Part shown: in pieces, positions 15,143-27,935 of the stretch
Numbering within the stretch: the first letter of the stretch is position 1
How the letters are laid out: the number at the start of each line of letters is the position of its first letter
Origin: Azolla caroliniana
Taxonomy: Eukaryota > Plantae > Polypodiophyta
NCBI GenBank assembly: GCA_043228905.1
Contig: JBHGNT010000004.1
Span: forward strand, 15,624,001-15,688,000
Reading direction: 5' to 3'
Length of the DNA: 64,000 bases
Notes under the pieces: generated by a model
Databases searched by the model: none
The model's input: only the letters and a program-made list of their open reading frames with translations
Told to the model about the DNA's origin: nothing
Program-made: the position numbers and the translations under genes

Positions 15143-17018
15143 GATTCGACATGCCTTGATGAAGTGGATAGAAAAGAATTCAACCAGATGTTTAGTCGTC
15201 TCCCTGCCATGGACCAAGTGTTGCTTGAGGAGGACAAGACTTTGTACTTCCTGAAAGCTGTGGACATGAAGGATAGACGAGAATTGGGAACTCTTCTCGA
15301 AGATGATACCCAAGCGAACGAGCTTGTGGCAGACTGGGCTGCGGTGAAGAGAGCACGCAACAAGATCGATAGGCGTCGTCAATGGCTTGATGATATTGAT
15401 TTGGTAAGGTCAAGTGTAGAAAAATCAAGACCATCTAAAGAAGTAGAGATGCCTAAAAAACGCATCCTACATGAAAAGAAGATTGATGACTCAAGGACGG
15501 TGAAGGCACTTCAAAGGAGGACAAATGTTTCGGGACGCGCGTCGCGTTCGAAACAAAGGAGCAAGGCTAATCGAAGCTTGCATTAAGGGTGATAAAGAGC
15601 GTGAGATCGACATGATGGACGATCTAGCCACTAAAATCGACATCAAGGAGGTGGCTATGAACAAGACAATAAGCGTTGACAATGATCACACACGGATTTT
15701 CTCCACACTTCTTCCAGAGACTTGGGCAGTTGCGTCCAAGAACCAATGTGAGACCCAAGAGACGGAAGGTGTCAGCGAGGAGCTGAAGGTCGAAATGAAT
15801 ACATGCGACGAAGAGAGAAGCATAATCGAAGCTTGCTCGATCAAGAGGGTTGATGGGTACGAGGCCCATAAGATTGAAGAGATAGCCACGAAAAATGACA
15901 TCGAGTCGGAGGTGGCTATGGAAGAATTAATTGCAGATGGCCGCGTCGAGGATTCCTTCACACAAGTTCCGGAGACTTGGGTAGTTGCAGAGAGCCAACA
16001 TGAGACCCAAGAGATGGAAGGTGGTAATAAGGGGAAAGACCAAGATGTTGTGCACAACATTGAGGCGAAGATAGATATGGACGAGTCGATGGTGAATGAT
16101 GGCAGTGACAAGACTTTCCCCACACTGGTTCCAGAGACTTGGGCAGTTGCGTCCGAGAACCAGAAGAAGACCCAAGAGACGGAAGGTGGCCAAAAGGGGG
16201 AGTTCAAATGTGATGTGAAAGATGACATCAAGACAAAGGTGTCGAAAGAAATTGACCAAAGACAAACGGATTCCTTCGCACATGTTCTAGAGACTTGGGA
16301 AGTTGTGGTTCAAAGCCAACGTGAGACCCAAGTGACAGAAGATGATGGCGGGGAAGTGAAGGTCCAAGTTGGGGAGTGGCTGACAAACATATATGAATCT
16401 CTCCACACTCGTTCTAGAGACTTGGGCATTAACCGATGTAAGACCCAAGAGAAGGACAATGACGACGAAGAAGCAAGGGTTGAAGCTGATGTGTGAGAGG
16501 AAGAGGTCAAGCAAAGCATAGAGACAAAAGCTGATGAGTACAACAAAGAGTCTAAGCAAAGTATGACAAGGGATGATGATGGCCAAGCGAGCCATCAAGA
16601 TCCGAAGGCTGTGATCAAAACATCTAGCAAAGACGCTAGTGTGAAGATTTTCAACTCTAACATGAGATTGTATCATGAAACTGGACAAAGTGAGAAATAT
16701 AGAGCATGGTTGCGTAAGGATCTCAAAGTGGGCATGCACTTGAAGATACTACATGGGGTAGTCAATGTCATTATTCAGATAAAGGCTTGGGGAGAAAGAC
16801 AAAAAAAAAAAGTGTGATGGGTCAAAGTGCATTGAGCAAGGAGACGATCGGGACAAAGGTGGAACATGCATAAAGCCTAAACAATTATGTTTGGAAGGAG
16901 AACAAGGGGCCATGACAACTGGTTATGGTAAATCAAAGAAAAAACGAATGATATGGTGGATTGGGTGGCGACAATGATTCGAGTGAAAGAAATGGACATG
17001 CTCAAAATGGAAGAATCG

Positions 17019-17598
17019 TACTGATCACCATAGCCGAAATCTCACACTCTCTCTTCTTGGCATGTACCGGAGGATGTGTGGTTTGGTGGGGGTGGATGTC
17101 GTGAAGATTTTCGGCAACGGTGTGAAAATTGAATGGAATGTACAAAATCGAGTGTGGTTCTTCACACACAACATAAAACAATAATAGTGAAGATACTATT
17201 TTATACTAGTTTAATATCTTGGTACAAAAAGATGGAGGTCTTCAAGAGCTTTCGAATACACTTTACCACATAAGAAACGAACAACTAAGTGGCAAGTTAT
17301 GTGGGTATGTACTGATCACCATAGCCGAAATCTCACACTCTCTCTTCTTGGCATGTACCGGAGGATGTGTGGTTTGGTGGGGGTGGATGTCGTGAAGATT
17401 TTCGGCAACGGTGTGAAAATTGAATGGAATGTACAAAATCGAGTGTGGTTCTTCACACACAACATAAAACAATAATAGTGAAGATACTATTTTATACTAG
17501 TTTAATATCTTGGTACAAAAAGATGGAGGTCTTCAAGAGCTTTCGAATACACTTTACCACATAAGAAACGAACAACTAACTGGCAAGTTATGTGGGTA
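17019..17598 (+). repeat. ~290-bp tandem duplication spanning the PPT and the 3' LTR start
   Basis: TACTGATCACCATAGCCG...GTTATGTGGGTATG occurs twice, near-identical, giving LTR starts at ~17098 and ~17388. Confidence 0.9.
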
Positions 17599-19584
17599 TG
17601 ATTTTTGCGAAGAAGAAAAGAAAAAACAAAACTATGACATATCCCACATAGACAGGACAAATAAGGATCCCAAATTATAAAAGCAAGGCCAAAATCTATT
17701 ATTTTGTATTTATAGGTGGATCATAGAATGTTCAAGGTGACTTGAGCTAAACTAATCGAACGAATGGGTGTGGCCTAACTACTTTTAAAGATTTTGGCTG
17801 GACGGAGCCGGAGAGACGGCGACCGGACAGAGACGGCGAGATGCCAACTGGCGACCGAGACCGAGACTGGATAACGACGGACAGGATCAACTAGTTTATC
17901 GCGGTGCATGCTATTTTTGAAGATTTTCGGTGTAAATACAAGACCAAAAGCCTAGTAGTAGTTTGTGTTTTAAAAGGGATGTGAGCAAGGCTTGAACCTT
18001 GCACCTCCAAGATAGGAAGCAATATACTTACCACTAAGCCAAGTCATTTCCTTAGAAGTTATATTCTTATCATTATAGTTTTATATGGAAATTCTTATAC
18101 ATGAGAGCTTAGATGATGACACGGCAAGCATGCATTGCATGCATTACGTGCATGTCTTGCACCCTCACATGCACCATATGCGTGGGGGCATCTATAAAAG
18201 AGTGGAGGAATCAAGCCAATGAAACGAATGAAAAATTTGGGAAAAATAAGAAACTTGTAATCCTATTGTTGATGTATCTTCTCTCTTAAATCTAAAAGTT
18301 AAAAGTTCAATCTTTATCCCAATATCTCTCTTTCATCATATCAATCTCTCTCAATCTCTCTTAAATACTTTCTCGCTAAAGTTAGCACAAACTTCGAATC
18401 CTTCCGGTCCAGGACCTCGGTGGTTCCGTCTCACGATCCACACGCAGTGACAGATATTCACGACATAATTAAGTGGTGAACTCGACATGAAGAACGGTAG
18501 GGGAGGATGAAGATGAACGAGGAATATGTCATGAAGGAAATGTCAAAGATGATGATGGAATTTTCTAGAGAAGGGAAAAGACGAGGTGTGGCCCAACAAG
18601 TCGTCGAAAGCGTGGTCGAGCGAGTCAGATGTTTCAATGGTGGCTCAATATGTGATATCATTATCATCACCATCAATATAATCTTCTTCTTAATATCCTT
18701 CTTGAAATCTGTCTTCTTTTCAAGTGTAAAATATTTGATCTTCTCAAGTGTGACATTAGTTTCCTCGATTCCTACATACACATCGTCATCTTTTTGATAA
18801 TTTTGCGAACATCCTCCCCAGTAAGAGACCCCGATGGTCCCGCTCAAGCGAAGCACGCACACACGCGTATCTTGGCGACACCGTCCTTCTACCTAGTTTG
18901 TGAGGTCTTACCTTGCTACTACCAAGTACTTCATCTATCCCACTCCCATTGGCATCGAGACTAGATCCACCATCCATTGAAAGTGTATAGTGACTAGGTA
19001 TGTTGGCGGCGACACATCACGGTGACGTATGTTTGAATGTACTTGGCAGCTTTCGCATGTGGACACGATATGTAGTACATCTTTATACATGCTCGGGCAC
19101 CAATACTTCTCCTTCAGCTTTTCAAACGTTGCACACATTCCTCTATGGCTTGCCCATGGACTCTCATGGAATTAAGACATGAACGTTGTTTGGTCCTCTC
19201 TCTTCACCACTACTCGTCGTGGCATCCCTGTCCTTCTCTTTGGGTGCCGCCAAAGGAATCTTCCCTTCAGAAAATATTGGTAAGCTTTCTTCCAGATTTG
19301 TAGAGCCTCCTCCTTCGTGCACAAAGCATCCACTGTCATTGTTCTCAAGAACCTACCGATTTGTAACCACTCCCCTTCCTACTCACGTAATTCGGTCGGT
19401 TACGTGTTTTTCATAACACCTTTCATGTTGTGCCACATAAAGATGGATTACCAAAAATATGTTGAATTCCTAAGTCATGAAAACAACTTTCACACGTCGT
19501 TGAAAGCGTGGAGGGTTGGCGTGCCTCTGTCTTCCGCCGACAGTCGGGTTGCCTTGAAGAAGTCGAGGGCGATGTCTTCATCTT

Positions 19585-20216
19585 CTAAAACCATGTCCCT
19601 TTCATCCTCGAATCTGACATTTTCTTCTTGCTTTTTTCTTTACGCGTAAACCTTCTCCTCCATTCTTTGCGTGGGGACAACATGGTCGAGTCTCCACTAC
19701 ACGCCAACTCTTCATTTGGTTGGCCATCTCGGCCCAACCCCTCATTTGGCGCACTTAGCCGAAATGAGATCGGACTCTCTCTTAGAGCTCCGATATCCTC
19801 ATCATGTAGAGGCATCTCAGCCTCGCTGACATCTTCTTCAGAATTCGGAATGGATTCATGAGGTATTGGAGGTGAAGGCAAGTACTGCGAAGCGGACTCG
19901 TTGAACACGACATCTCGGCTTACGCGAACTTCCTTTGTTCGGGGGTTATAGCACTTATATCCCTTCTGCTCGTCTGAATAGCCAACCAAGATACACTTCT
20001 CGGCTTTGGCATCCAGCTTCCTCCTCTTCTCCTTTAGCACATGCACATACGTAATGCTACCGAAAATCGTCAAGTGTGCCAAGTTTGGCTTCTTGCCATA
20101 ATACAACTCATGTGGCGACACTCCTCCATTAGCAAAAGTCCGATTCTACAAATAAACAGCCGTCCTTACGGCTTCAGCCCAGTAAAACTTCGGCATATGC
20201 TTCTCTTCAAGCATTT
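19585..20216 (-). pseudogene. Copia integrase C-terminal fragment
   Basis: MLEEKHMPKFYWAEAVRTAVYL and PNLAHLTIFGSITYVHV..RRKLDAKAEKCILVGYSDEQKGYKCYNP. Confidence 0.85.
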
Positions 20217-20872
20217 CTTGGTGACTTCTTCGATTGTTAACACGTTTGTGTTCACAAGTGGAAGGATCGCGCATAAATGGAAGGATAAGGAAAATTTTGG
20301 TTGATTTCAGGGCTTTTTCAATGATTTTACAAAACACATTGATACCAGTATCATACATGTTCAAACATACTATGAAAAAGGTTAAAAATCCACTATTTCC
20401 GTGATTTAGAAGTAACTAAAAAAAGAGGAATTTCAAAAAGTTACATTCTCAATTTATATCACAAACTTTACAACCAATGTTATTTTATAAGAAACGATTT
20501 TTTAGAAATCATAAGAATTCAAAACACATGCTTTTATATTACTTGATTTGTTATAAGTGGAATGTATTTACACTTAATAGCCAGAAGTACATTCATGATC
20601 ATTCCTTTACAGAGAATCACTACTATAACTAATATACAATGACGATTCCTCCTCATCATCCTTGGATGTACCAATTAGTGCATTATCTTCGTCATAAACC
20701 AAATGGTTTGACTCTAGATTATATGTAGCAGATCTCGTTTGCCTTTGACTCGAGCCACCTTGTAGACCTGGTAATTTTTCTTTTATTATATCTATTGTTG
20801 ACTTCCTTAATCGTCCGGCTTTTGTAAGTGTGAAGTCATACAGGATGATATCCACATCAGAGATATCAAGGG

Positions 20873-20970
20873 TGTCATGAATAGTACTGAGACAGAGAAG
20901 GAATTAGTACTAAACGAAGGATTAGTACTACGAGAGGTGTGAACTTCTTCGAGAGAAGGGAGAAGTGAGT

Positions 20971-21012
<42 letters not shown>

Positions 21013-24000
21013 GTGAGTGATGATAAGAAAGATATTTATTATATGAAGAGAATATACAACGGCGGCTAAAAGGCTTAAGACTGGCGTTGAACCAATTTGG
21101 TTCAACATAATGCCTAGTGCCCTCTTTTATAGTGTTTTCAGGAGTAATCCTGAAGCTTCTAGAATGTTCTAGAGAAATCTGGAATATACACTAATTTCCT
21201 ATAACATGAAAATAATATCCTACGTATTACAATAGATGGTCTAATGGTCAAGAGCTTGACCCATATAACCTAAGGTCATGGGTTCGAGTCTTGCCATATC
21301 ATGACACTATCCCCCTTTTAAAACGACGAGTGTCACGAGTCGTCTTGGATTCAGGACCCGGTTTGTGTGGATATTGACGATGGAAGTCTTCAAGTTTTCA
21401 CGTATGGTATCGATAACGCGGGAATCCATAGGCATGTCAAAGATTTGTGCTGCTTGTAGTCGTGTTGGTCCCAAGATGACTTGTTTTTGGTTATCGAAAG
21501 CTGGCTCGCCGGGACGGGGTGCTAGATACGAACGCCGTGATAATGCATCTGCCTTCCCTTGGTGCCTCCCCGGACGATATGTAATTTTGAAGTCGAAACG
21601 CGTGAGGAAATGGGCCCACCGAGCTTGACGTCGATTCAACACACGAGCATCCTGAAAGTAGGCAAGATTCTTGTGGTCACTAAATACGGTGATTGGATGA
21701 GAGGATCCCTCCAGAAAATGCCTCCATTGCATAAAAGAATCCACTATTGCCAATAGCTCCTTATCATGAATTTCGTAGTTGATTTCGGCGGCATCAAACT
21801 TGCGTGAGTGAAAAGCCACAGGATGTAGCTTTTCATCATTCCCCTGTTGTGACAGAATGCTCCCCAATGCAAAATCCGATGCGTCAGCTTCGATAATGAA
21901 TGGTTTCTTCGGATCGACATGAGCTAGAATTGGAGCCGATGTAAATGCTTTTTTAAGACTCTCGAAAGCCATGTCCATTTCTTCAGACCAGATGAACGGT
22001 TGTCCCTTCCTGGTAAGTTGTGTGAGAGGTAGAACGATCTTTGAGTAATCTTGTATGAACTTCCGGTAAAAATTGGCAAAGCCTAAGAAGCATTGCACAT
22101 CCCGCACCGAACGCGGAATCTGCCATTCTACCACCGTTTTGACCTTAGCTGGGTCCATGGAGATGCCTTCTGACGAAATGATGTAGCCGAGAAATTCCAC
22201 TTGGTTGCACCCGAAACTACATTTTTCTAGCTTTGCATACAGACCATGTTCTCGAAGTCGTTTTAGTACTAATAGTACATGAGAATCATGTTCTTCTTGG
22301 GTCTTTGAATAAACCAGTAGATCATCCAAATAGATGATCAAACAATCATCCAATAGATCTCAGAATATATCATTAGCCATGTGCTGGAAGACTGTCGGTG
22401 CATTAGTGAGGCCGAACGACATGACAGTATACTCGAAGTGCCCATATCTGGTGCGAAACGCGGTCTTCCATTCGTCTCCTAGTCGGATCCGTACGAGGTT
22501 ATATGCTCCCCGTAAGTCGATCTTCGTGAAGAACCTAGCACCATTGATCCGTTCTAAAAGACTTGAGATAAGGGGAAGAGCATACCTATTCCTGATTGTA
22601 ACCTTATTCAAGCCACGGTAATCTACAACGAGACGAAGCGATCCATCTTTTTTCTTGACGAAGAAAATGGGCGCACCAGCTGGAGATTTCGAGTGCTGAA
22701 TGAAACCATTTTCCAAATTCTCCTCTATATAGGCCCGAAGGACTTCCAGCTCGGTTGGTGACAAATTGTAGATCGGTCCCCATGGTGGCTCTTTTCCCGG
22801 TTGTAAATCGATGGGGCAATCGTACGGTCGATGATGAGGAAGTGTGTTGGCTTGTACTTTATCGAACACATCGGTGTAATGACGATACTTCTCGGGAAGT
22901 TGAACGGTGGATTCTTCTTTAGTGGTGTTGGAGGGGTTTATTGATATTGCAAAGAGGAACATTTCCTCCTTGTGCCCTTCTTTATGCAACTGACGTAGCG
23001 AAATGGTTGCCATCTTCTGAGTTGACCCTTGGGTTTGTCGACACCGGATTTCTCTTGTTTTCCAATCTATGTCAGGGTTATGTAACTCGAACCACGGTAG
23101 TCCTAAAACTATAGGATGTTCTGGGATACTAATAATATTAAATGATACTACACATGCTAAGTTATCTAGGACAATATTAATGGGCTCTGACTCTTCTAGG
23201 ATTTTCCGGAAGCAATGGGACGTCCATCAATGACTACTACAGAGGCTGGACACTGGAGTTTTCTTAGGGATATCTTATGAGCTTGAGCAAATTTCTTATC
23301 CATAAAGCAAGAGTTAGCTCCGGAATCTAGGAGTGCTAGGACATGTACTGGAGGGGTACTTTTAGTACTAACTATTACTTGGGCTACGAACACATCACTA
23401 ACTTGCTTAGAGGGAATGGAACCACTAATGGGCTGCACAGATCTAGGGCTGTCCAACCAAACGGCTCCTATTTTGGCTGGACTTAGTCGTTTAACTCTTC
23501 TTCTAACTGACTAAGGACATCAAATTTGTTTGCTAGATCTGGGATATTAGTACTATTAGGACTATCAGATATCCCTACTGAAATAGGCTCGGATTTAGTA
23601 CAATTAGAACTAGCGACTATTTGGTTTACCTGTCTTCTTGGCCTATGGGGGCAATTTATTGCGATATGTCCTGGTCCACCGCAGTAAAGACATAGTCGAT
23701 TTGTACGGCATCGCTGCTTTTCTTCTTCGGATAATGGCCCTCGACGACGTGTAGTGTCAATCTCCATCGGAGTCGGAGTATTCGCTGGAGGCGCATTATA
23801 TGACTCCCTCGGAAAAGGTCTTGCTACCACTGAGGCGTAGGTGGGCTCTGATCTTGCCCTTGGCATCTGTAGCTGTCGTTCCGAACGTCGCTCAAAGAGG
23901 CGGTTGTCACATCTCACCGCGCGACTGATTGCTTCTGTTAAGGACTTTGGCTCTTTGGGGAAGGTCAAGAGTAAATCCTTGACGTCGTTGCGTAAACCAT

Positions 24001-24785
24001 AACGGAATTGCTCCATCAAGGGATATCGGCGGCGAGTAGGTGAAAATATGCAGCGTATGCGGAGGTTGGACGATCACCTTGGCGTAATCGCCGGATTTTG
24101 TTGATTGCGGTCCTGATGCTGTCAGTATCTCCGAAACATGCTTTAAACTCACCTAGAAACTCTTCAAAATTGTTGAGTAACGGAGATTCCTTTTCTAATA
24201 GTGGAGCGAACCATGACAGCGCTGAGCCACTTAACAAAGTGCCTACTAAACCCACTCGTGATGCATTGGTGGGATATCGGGAAGGATGCATTTGAATAAC
24301 TAATCGTACCTGGTTAAGGAACCCTCTAAACTGCGATCGCGTTCCATCGAACTTCTTGGGAAGGCCAATCTTAGGTTCTTTATGAATCCCTTGTGTTCCA
24401 GGCCCGTGTTGTTGCATCGCTACGATGGTGGCTTCGAGTTGTTGCACGCGTAACGCAAGTTCCCCATGCTGTTGTTGCGTTTGCTGCTTTTCTAAGGAGA
24501 TTTGCTGAAGATCCCCCAGCAACCGTTGGTTTTCTTGTTCCAAAGCATGGAACTTCTCCTTCAAGCATTGAAATTCTGAGAAAATAGATTGATATTCTTC
24601 AGCGCTAACAGTGGCCATGGGATGAAAGAAAAGAGGAATAAAAGATTAGTAGGAAATGAGAGGGACAGAAGGTAGAGAAATTGGTTCAAACTGTCATGAA
24701 CAGTACTGAGACAGAGAAGGAATTAGTACTAAACGAAGGATTAGTACTACGAGAGGTGTGAACTTCTTCGAGAGAAGGGAGAAGT

Positions 24786-24823
<38 letters not shown>

Positions 24824-25126
24824 GTGAGTGATGATAAGAAAGATATTTATTATATGAAGAGAATATACAACGGCGGCTAAAAGGCTTAAGACTGGCGTTG
24901 AACCAAATTGGTTCAACGTAATGCCTAGTGCCCTCTTTTATAGTGTTTTCAGGAGTAATCCTGAAGCTTCTAGAATGTTCTAGAGAAATCTGGAATATAC
25001 ACTAATTTCCTATAATAAAATGTACATGAAAATAATATTCTACGTATTATAATAGATGGTCTAATGGTCAAGAGCTCGACTCATATAACCTAAGGTCATG
25101 GGTTCGAGTCTTGCCATATCATGACA
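20873..25126 (-). mobile_element. Ty3/gypsy LTR retrotransposon (chromovirus/Tcn1-like), integrase deleted
   Basis: LTRs 24692-25126 and 20873-21306 (TGTCATGA...TCATGACA). TSD AAGGG at 20868-20872 and 25127-25131. PPT at ~21307-21320. Gag with CCHC (CLYCGGPGHIAINC), protease ALLDSGA, RT (YLDD) and RNase H (DASD...KADALSRR). Confidence 0.95.
21307..24618 (-). pseudogene. gag-pol of the gypsy element (frameshifted, no integrase)
   Basis: ORFs 24016-24618, 23483-24019, 23196-23456, 22360-23013 and 21307-22353. Confidence 0.9.
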
Positions 25127-27489
25127 AAGGGTAGAGGTGTTACGAATGTTTCGCTTCCTCTTCCTACCTCCCCTTATTGTTGGGCATTCAATCATCTCCA
25201 ATTTATACTTACCTGTAAAAGCATTTGCACTTCTAGTGTTGTACCAATGAATGTTTATAGACTTGATAGTGTTTTCTATTTCATGCATTAACACTTCTAG
25301 AATTGTACCAACCCAAAATTGGTGGCCATGTGAATTCCCATCAGCCGGTGTTGCAATCAACATCCCCGCCGTGAGCTCTTGCAAATTGCCTTGCCATCTA
25401 CTTCGACTGCTTTGGTCATCCTTGGTCCCACATAAATGTTTGTTTATTGTGGATGGACCAAACTGTCATTAATTGCATTTGCTGGTTGCTCCGGAGTTCT
25501 ATTTACACGACCGTGTTGCAGCGACCATGTGAATGGCGTTTCCAAATTCCAATTATCACCAAATACACAATTGTCTATAATTCCTTTCTAATCACTATAA
25601 AATACATCCCACCATGACGTGTCTTGTTGTGCGGCATATTTCTTGGCGGCCTCAGTATGCTTTCTTTTTTCTTCGAAGGCTTGGAGCCATAACCGTTTTT
25701 GTTCCGATACCAAGTCACTCTACAACTGTCCTTTCTTCTCAATTGGCATTTGCTCAGCTCCATGGACAATTGTACTCGGCATACAAAGTAATAACTGGCA
25801 ACCACCTTCAGGTTCCCATGTTGTAGAAGATGAATATTGTTTAGCATACAAAAGTGTAGAACCACTTATTTCATTTTTCTTTATCATAAAAATGTGATTG
25901 AAGCTTATATTGTTTAACTGGGCAAGCACTTTAACATTCCCAACACCCCCATCTAATATATATCTCTTAAAGGCATATACCTCCTTCAAGTGTAACACTT
26001 TTGGGCGTGGTGTATATGCATCACAAATGACATCAAATAGTTTAGGTAATGTGAAAGCATCATGCCGAGACAACTGTCTGGAGAATGTGCTAAACATCTG
26101 ATCTATATGATCATGTGTGTGGCCAACCAAAAGAAAATTGACTTTCACTTTCCTAAATAATCCTTGGTTGACCAACATACTTAGATAGCCAAACACAGTT
26201 GAATTTTTGTTCTCTCTAGCAGTATTGTCCAATTGAATGTATAGAACAAGGGGGAAAGGTTGGCCCCAAGACATCAAAACTTGGTGAATCATTGTAACTA
26301 TTAGGTTAGGGTCATTGTGAACATTGGGGTATGTAATGAAGACGTGAGGTCCAATAGACCTATTATAATCTAAGCATCCCACCAAGTGCATTTGAACAAG
26401 GCACTCATCATTGACGTCTTTGGGGAGCCTCCACATATGCGGCAAGCACGTCTTCTTCTGGTCCATACCATCTATCATTAAACACATGTATTGTTCGGGC
26501 CTCTTCAAACACTTCTCTCTATGATGCATCACCTTCTTTCGTTCTAACGATTGTGCGTCACGATGCTCTTGTAGTAACTTCTTACTCATATCCTTTTCCA
26601 TTGATGTCTTTGCACCTTTAGCCAAACTTTTAAGATTTGCACAAATGGAGCAATATCCCATGTGTACTTTACGTGGAATGATAACATTTCAAAACCGAGC
26701 TCTCCATAATCTTGTGAATTGGCTATATGTGACAAACTTATTACATGAGCCCACCATATCAGATCGATAGACATCATAAACTTCCCGACGTGTGTAATTA
26801 TCAGAAAGGTACATCCTACCTGTAGTGGGCATTACTTCACAATTTAACTGAAAGAAAGTTTTCATCTAACCAATAGCATGTCTTCCAATTGCACCTTTCA
26901 TACTTGGAACCTCTTTACAATTGAGCATCTGATCCCCGCTAAGTAGACATTGTTGTACTCTATGTAGCCGCATGTTACTAACACATAACGCAATTTTGAA
27001 TGCAACTCTACATATCTATTGCGCATGGAAGATATAATACTCAAATGATACTTTGATCCCCATACATTTGTCAGACACTAGTTGCATATGTGACTGAGGT
27101 AAGTGTCTTGATCATCACCAATCATCGAAAAATATTATTGCCTTAATTCTCGCAACTTTGAATTTCCAATCATACACATACAACCACGAGCACAACATAT
27201 TTTTTTGACATCAAATCCAATTTGTTTATCTGATGTCACCAAGTTAAATCTAGCTAGACGAATTCTTCGTGGGATTCTTGTAATATGCATAGGGCTTCCA
27301 AATTTCTCTTCTTGCATAGAAGTTGGTGTAACCTTGTTACTATCCAATTCTTTGTTGTGACCATTGCCCATGATATTCGATGTTTCATTGGCACTACCTT
27401 CATTCTCCGTATCTTTATTAATATCGTATTCTTCAATAGAGAACTCTTCACATGTGTCATTATTCACATTCATTGTAGGTGAAGATGAG

Positions 27490-27650
27490 CTCAAACAATA
27501 CTCTTCGATAGAATATGGTGAGTCTATCGATAGACAATATTCTTCAATATAAAATGGTGAGTCTGTCGACAAACAATATTCTTCGGTAGAAAACGAAGAG
27601 TCTGATGACAAACAATATTCTTCAATCGAGAACGGTGAATCTTCACTCAT
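27490..27650 (-). repeat. 39-bp (13-aa) coding tandem repeat x4 at the transposase N-terminus
   Basis: SEDSPFSIEEYCL / SSDSSFSTEEYCL / STDSPFYIEEYCL / SIDSPYSIEEYCL. Confidence 0.9.
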
Positions 27651-27935
27651 GGCTTAAGGACTAGACAGAGCTCTTTAAGTTATGTGCTTAGGCTAAGGCA
27701 AAAAACTAATAAGCTCCTCTCTAAATATATACTCCTCTCTAAACAGAAGCTCCCTCAATATAATGTCTATAATATTTAATATTATATTAATACAATACAT
27801 AAAAAATATTTTTTTTATTATAGTAATTGTATTTAACATATTACTAATTACTTAAACTAGTCTATATGAAGTTAAATCAAGTATAATATAATTACAATCA
27901 TTACCAAGCCATAAATATGTTAGATTAAAGTTAAA

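Larger units (their letters stand above)
12802..18880 (+). mobile_element. Non-autonomous LTR retrotransposon (tRNA-Trp primed, gag-like ORF only, no pol)
   Basis: 5' LTR 12802-14047 and 3' LTR 17388-18880 (TG...CA). 4-bp TSD CCGT at 12798-12801 and 18881-18884. PBS at 14053. G-rich PPT-like GGTGGGGGTGGA before the 3' LTR. Gag-like GQFDGKNITKFLDAY; no RT or INT motifs. Confidence 0.85.
12270..19580 (-). pseudogene. Old gypsy pol (integrase) remnant split by the 12802-18880 insertion
   Basis: 18935-19138 encodes ATFEKLKEKYWCPSMYKDV..VSTCESCQ (integrase zinc-binding region) and WMVDLVSMP. The frame joins across the CCGT TSD to VEGRALANKTTATICKFLLEAVVCQY..KIVANRGELD below 12797. Many stops. Confidence 0.7.
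20607..27650 (-). pseudogene. DUF7869 / Sola-like DDD transposase, degenerate, split by a gypsy insertion
   Basis: Starts MSEDSPF at 27650. The 25720-26661 ORF has CSIC...HRDA, LMIDGMDQ, LYIQLDNTARENKN and FLLVGHTHDHIDQMFS (putative D-D-D triad). The C-terminus FWVGTILEV..IHWY..RNTSTL joins across TSD AAGGG to DISDVDIILYDFTLTKAGRLRKST. Several stops and frameshifts. Confidence 0.8.

Noticed and set aside
20401-20420. Left TIR matching the 33337-33356 end
   Set aside because: The match is short and gapped in AT-rich DNA, lies ~180 bp inside the apparent boundary and has no TSD.
25050-25120. Functional tRNA gene
   Set aside because: It has A/B boxes but no convincing acceptor or anticodon stems, and it is duplicated as part of the LTRs.
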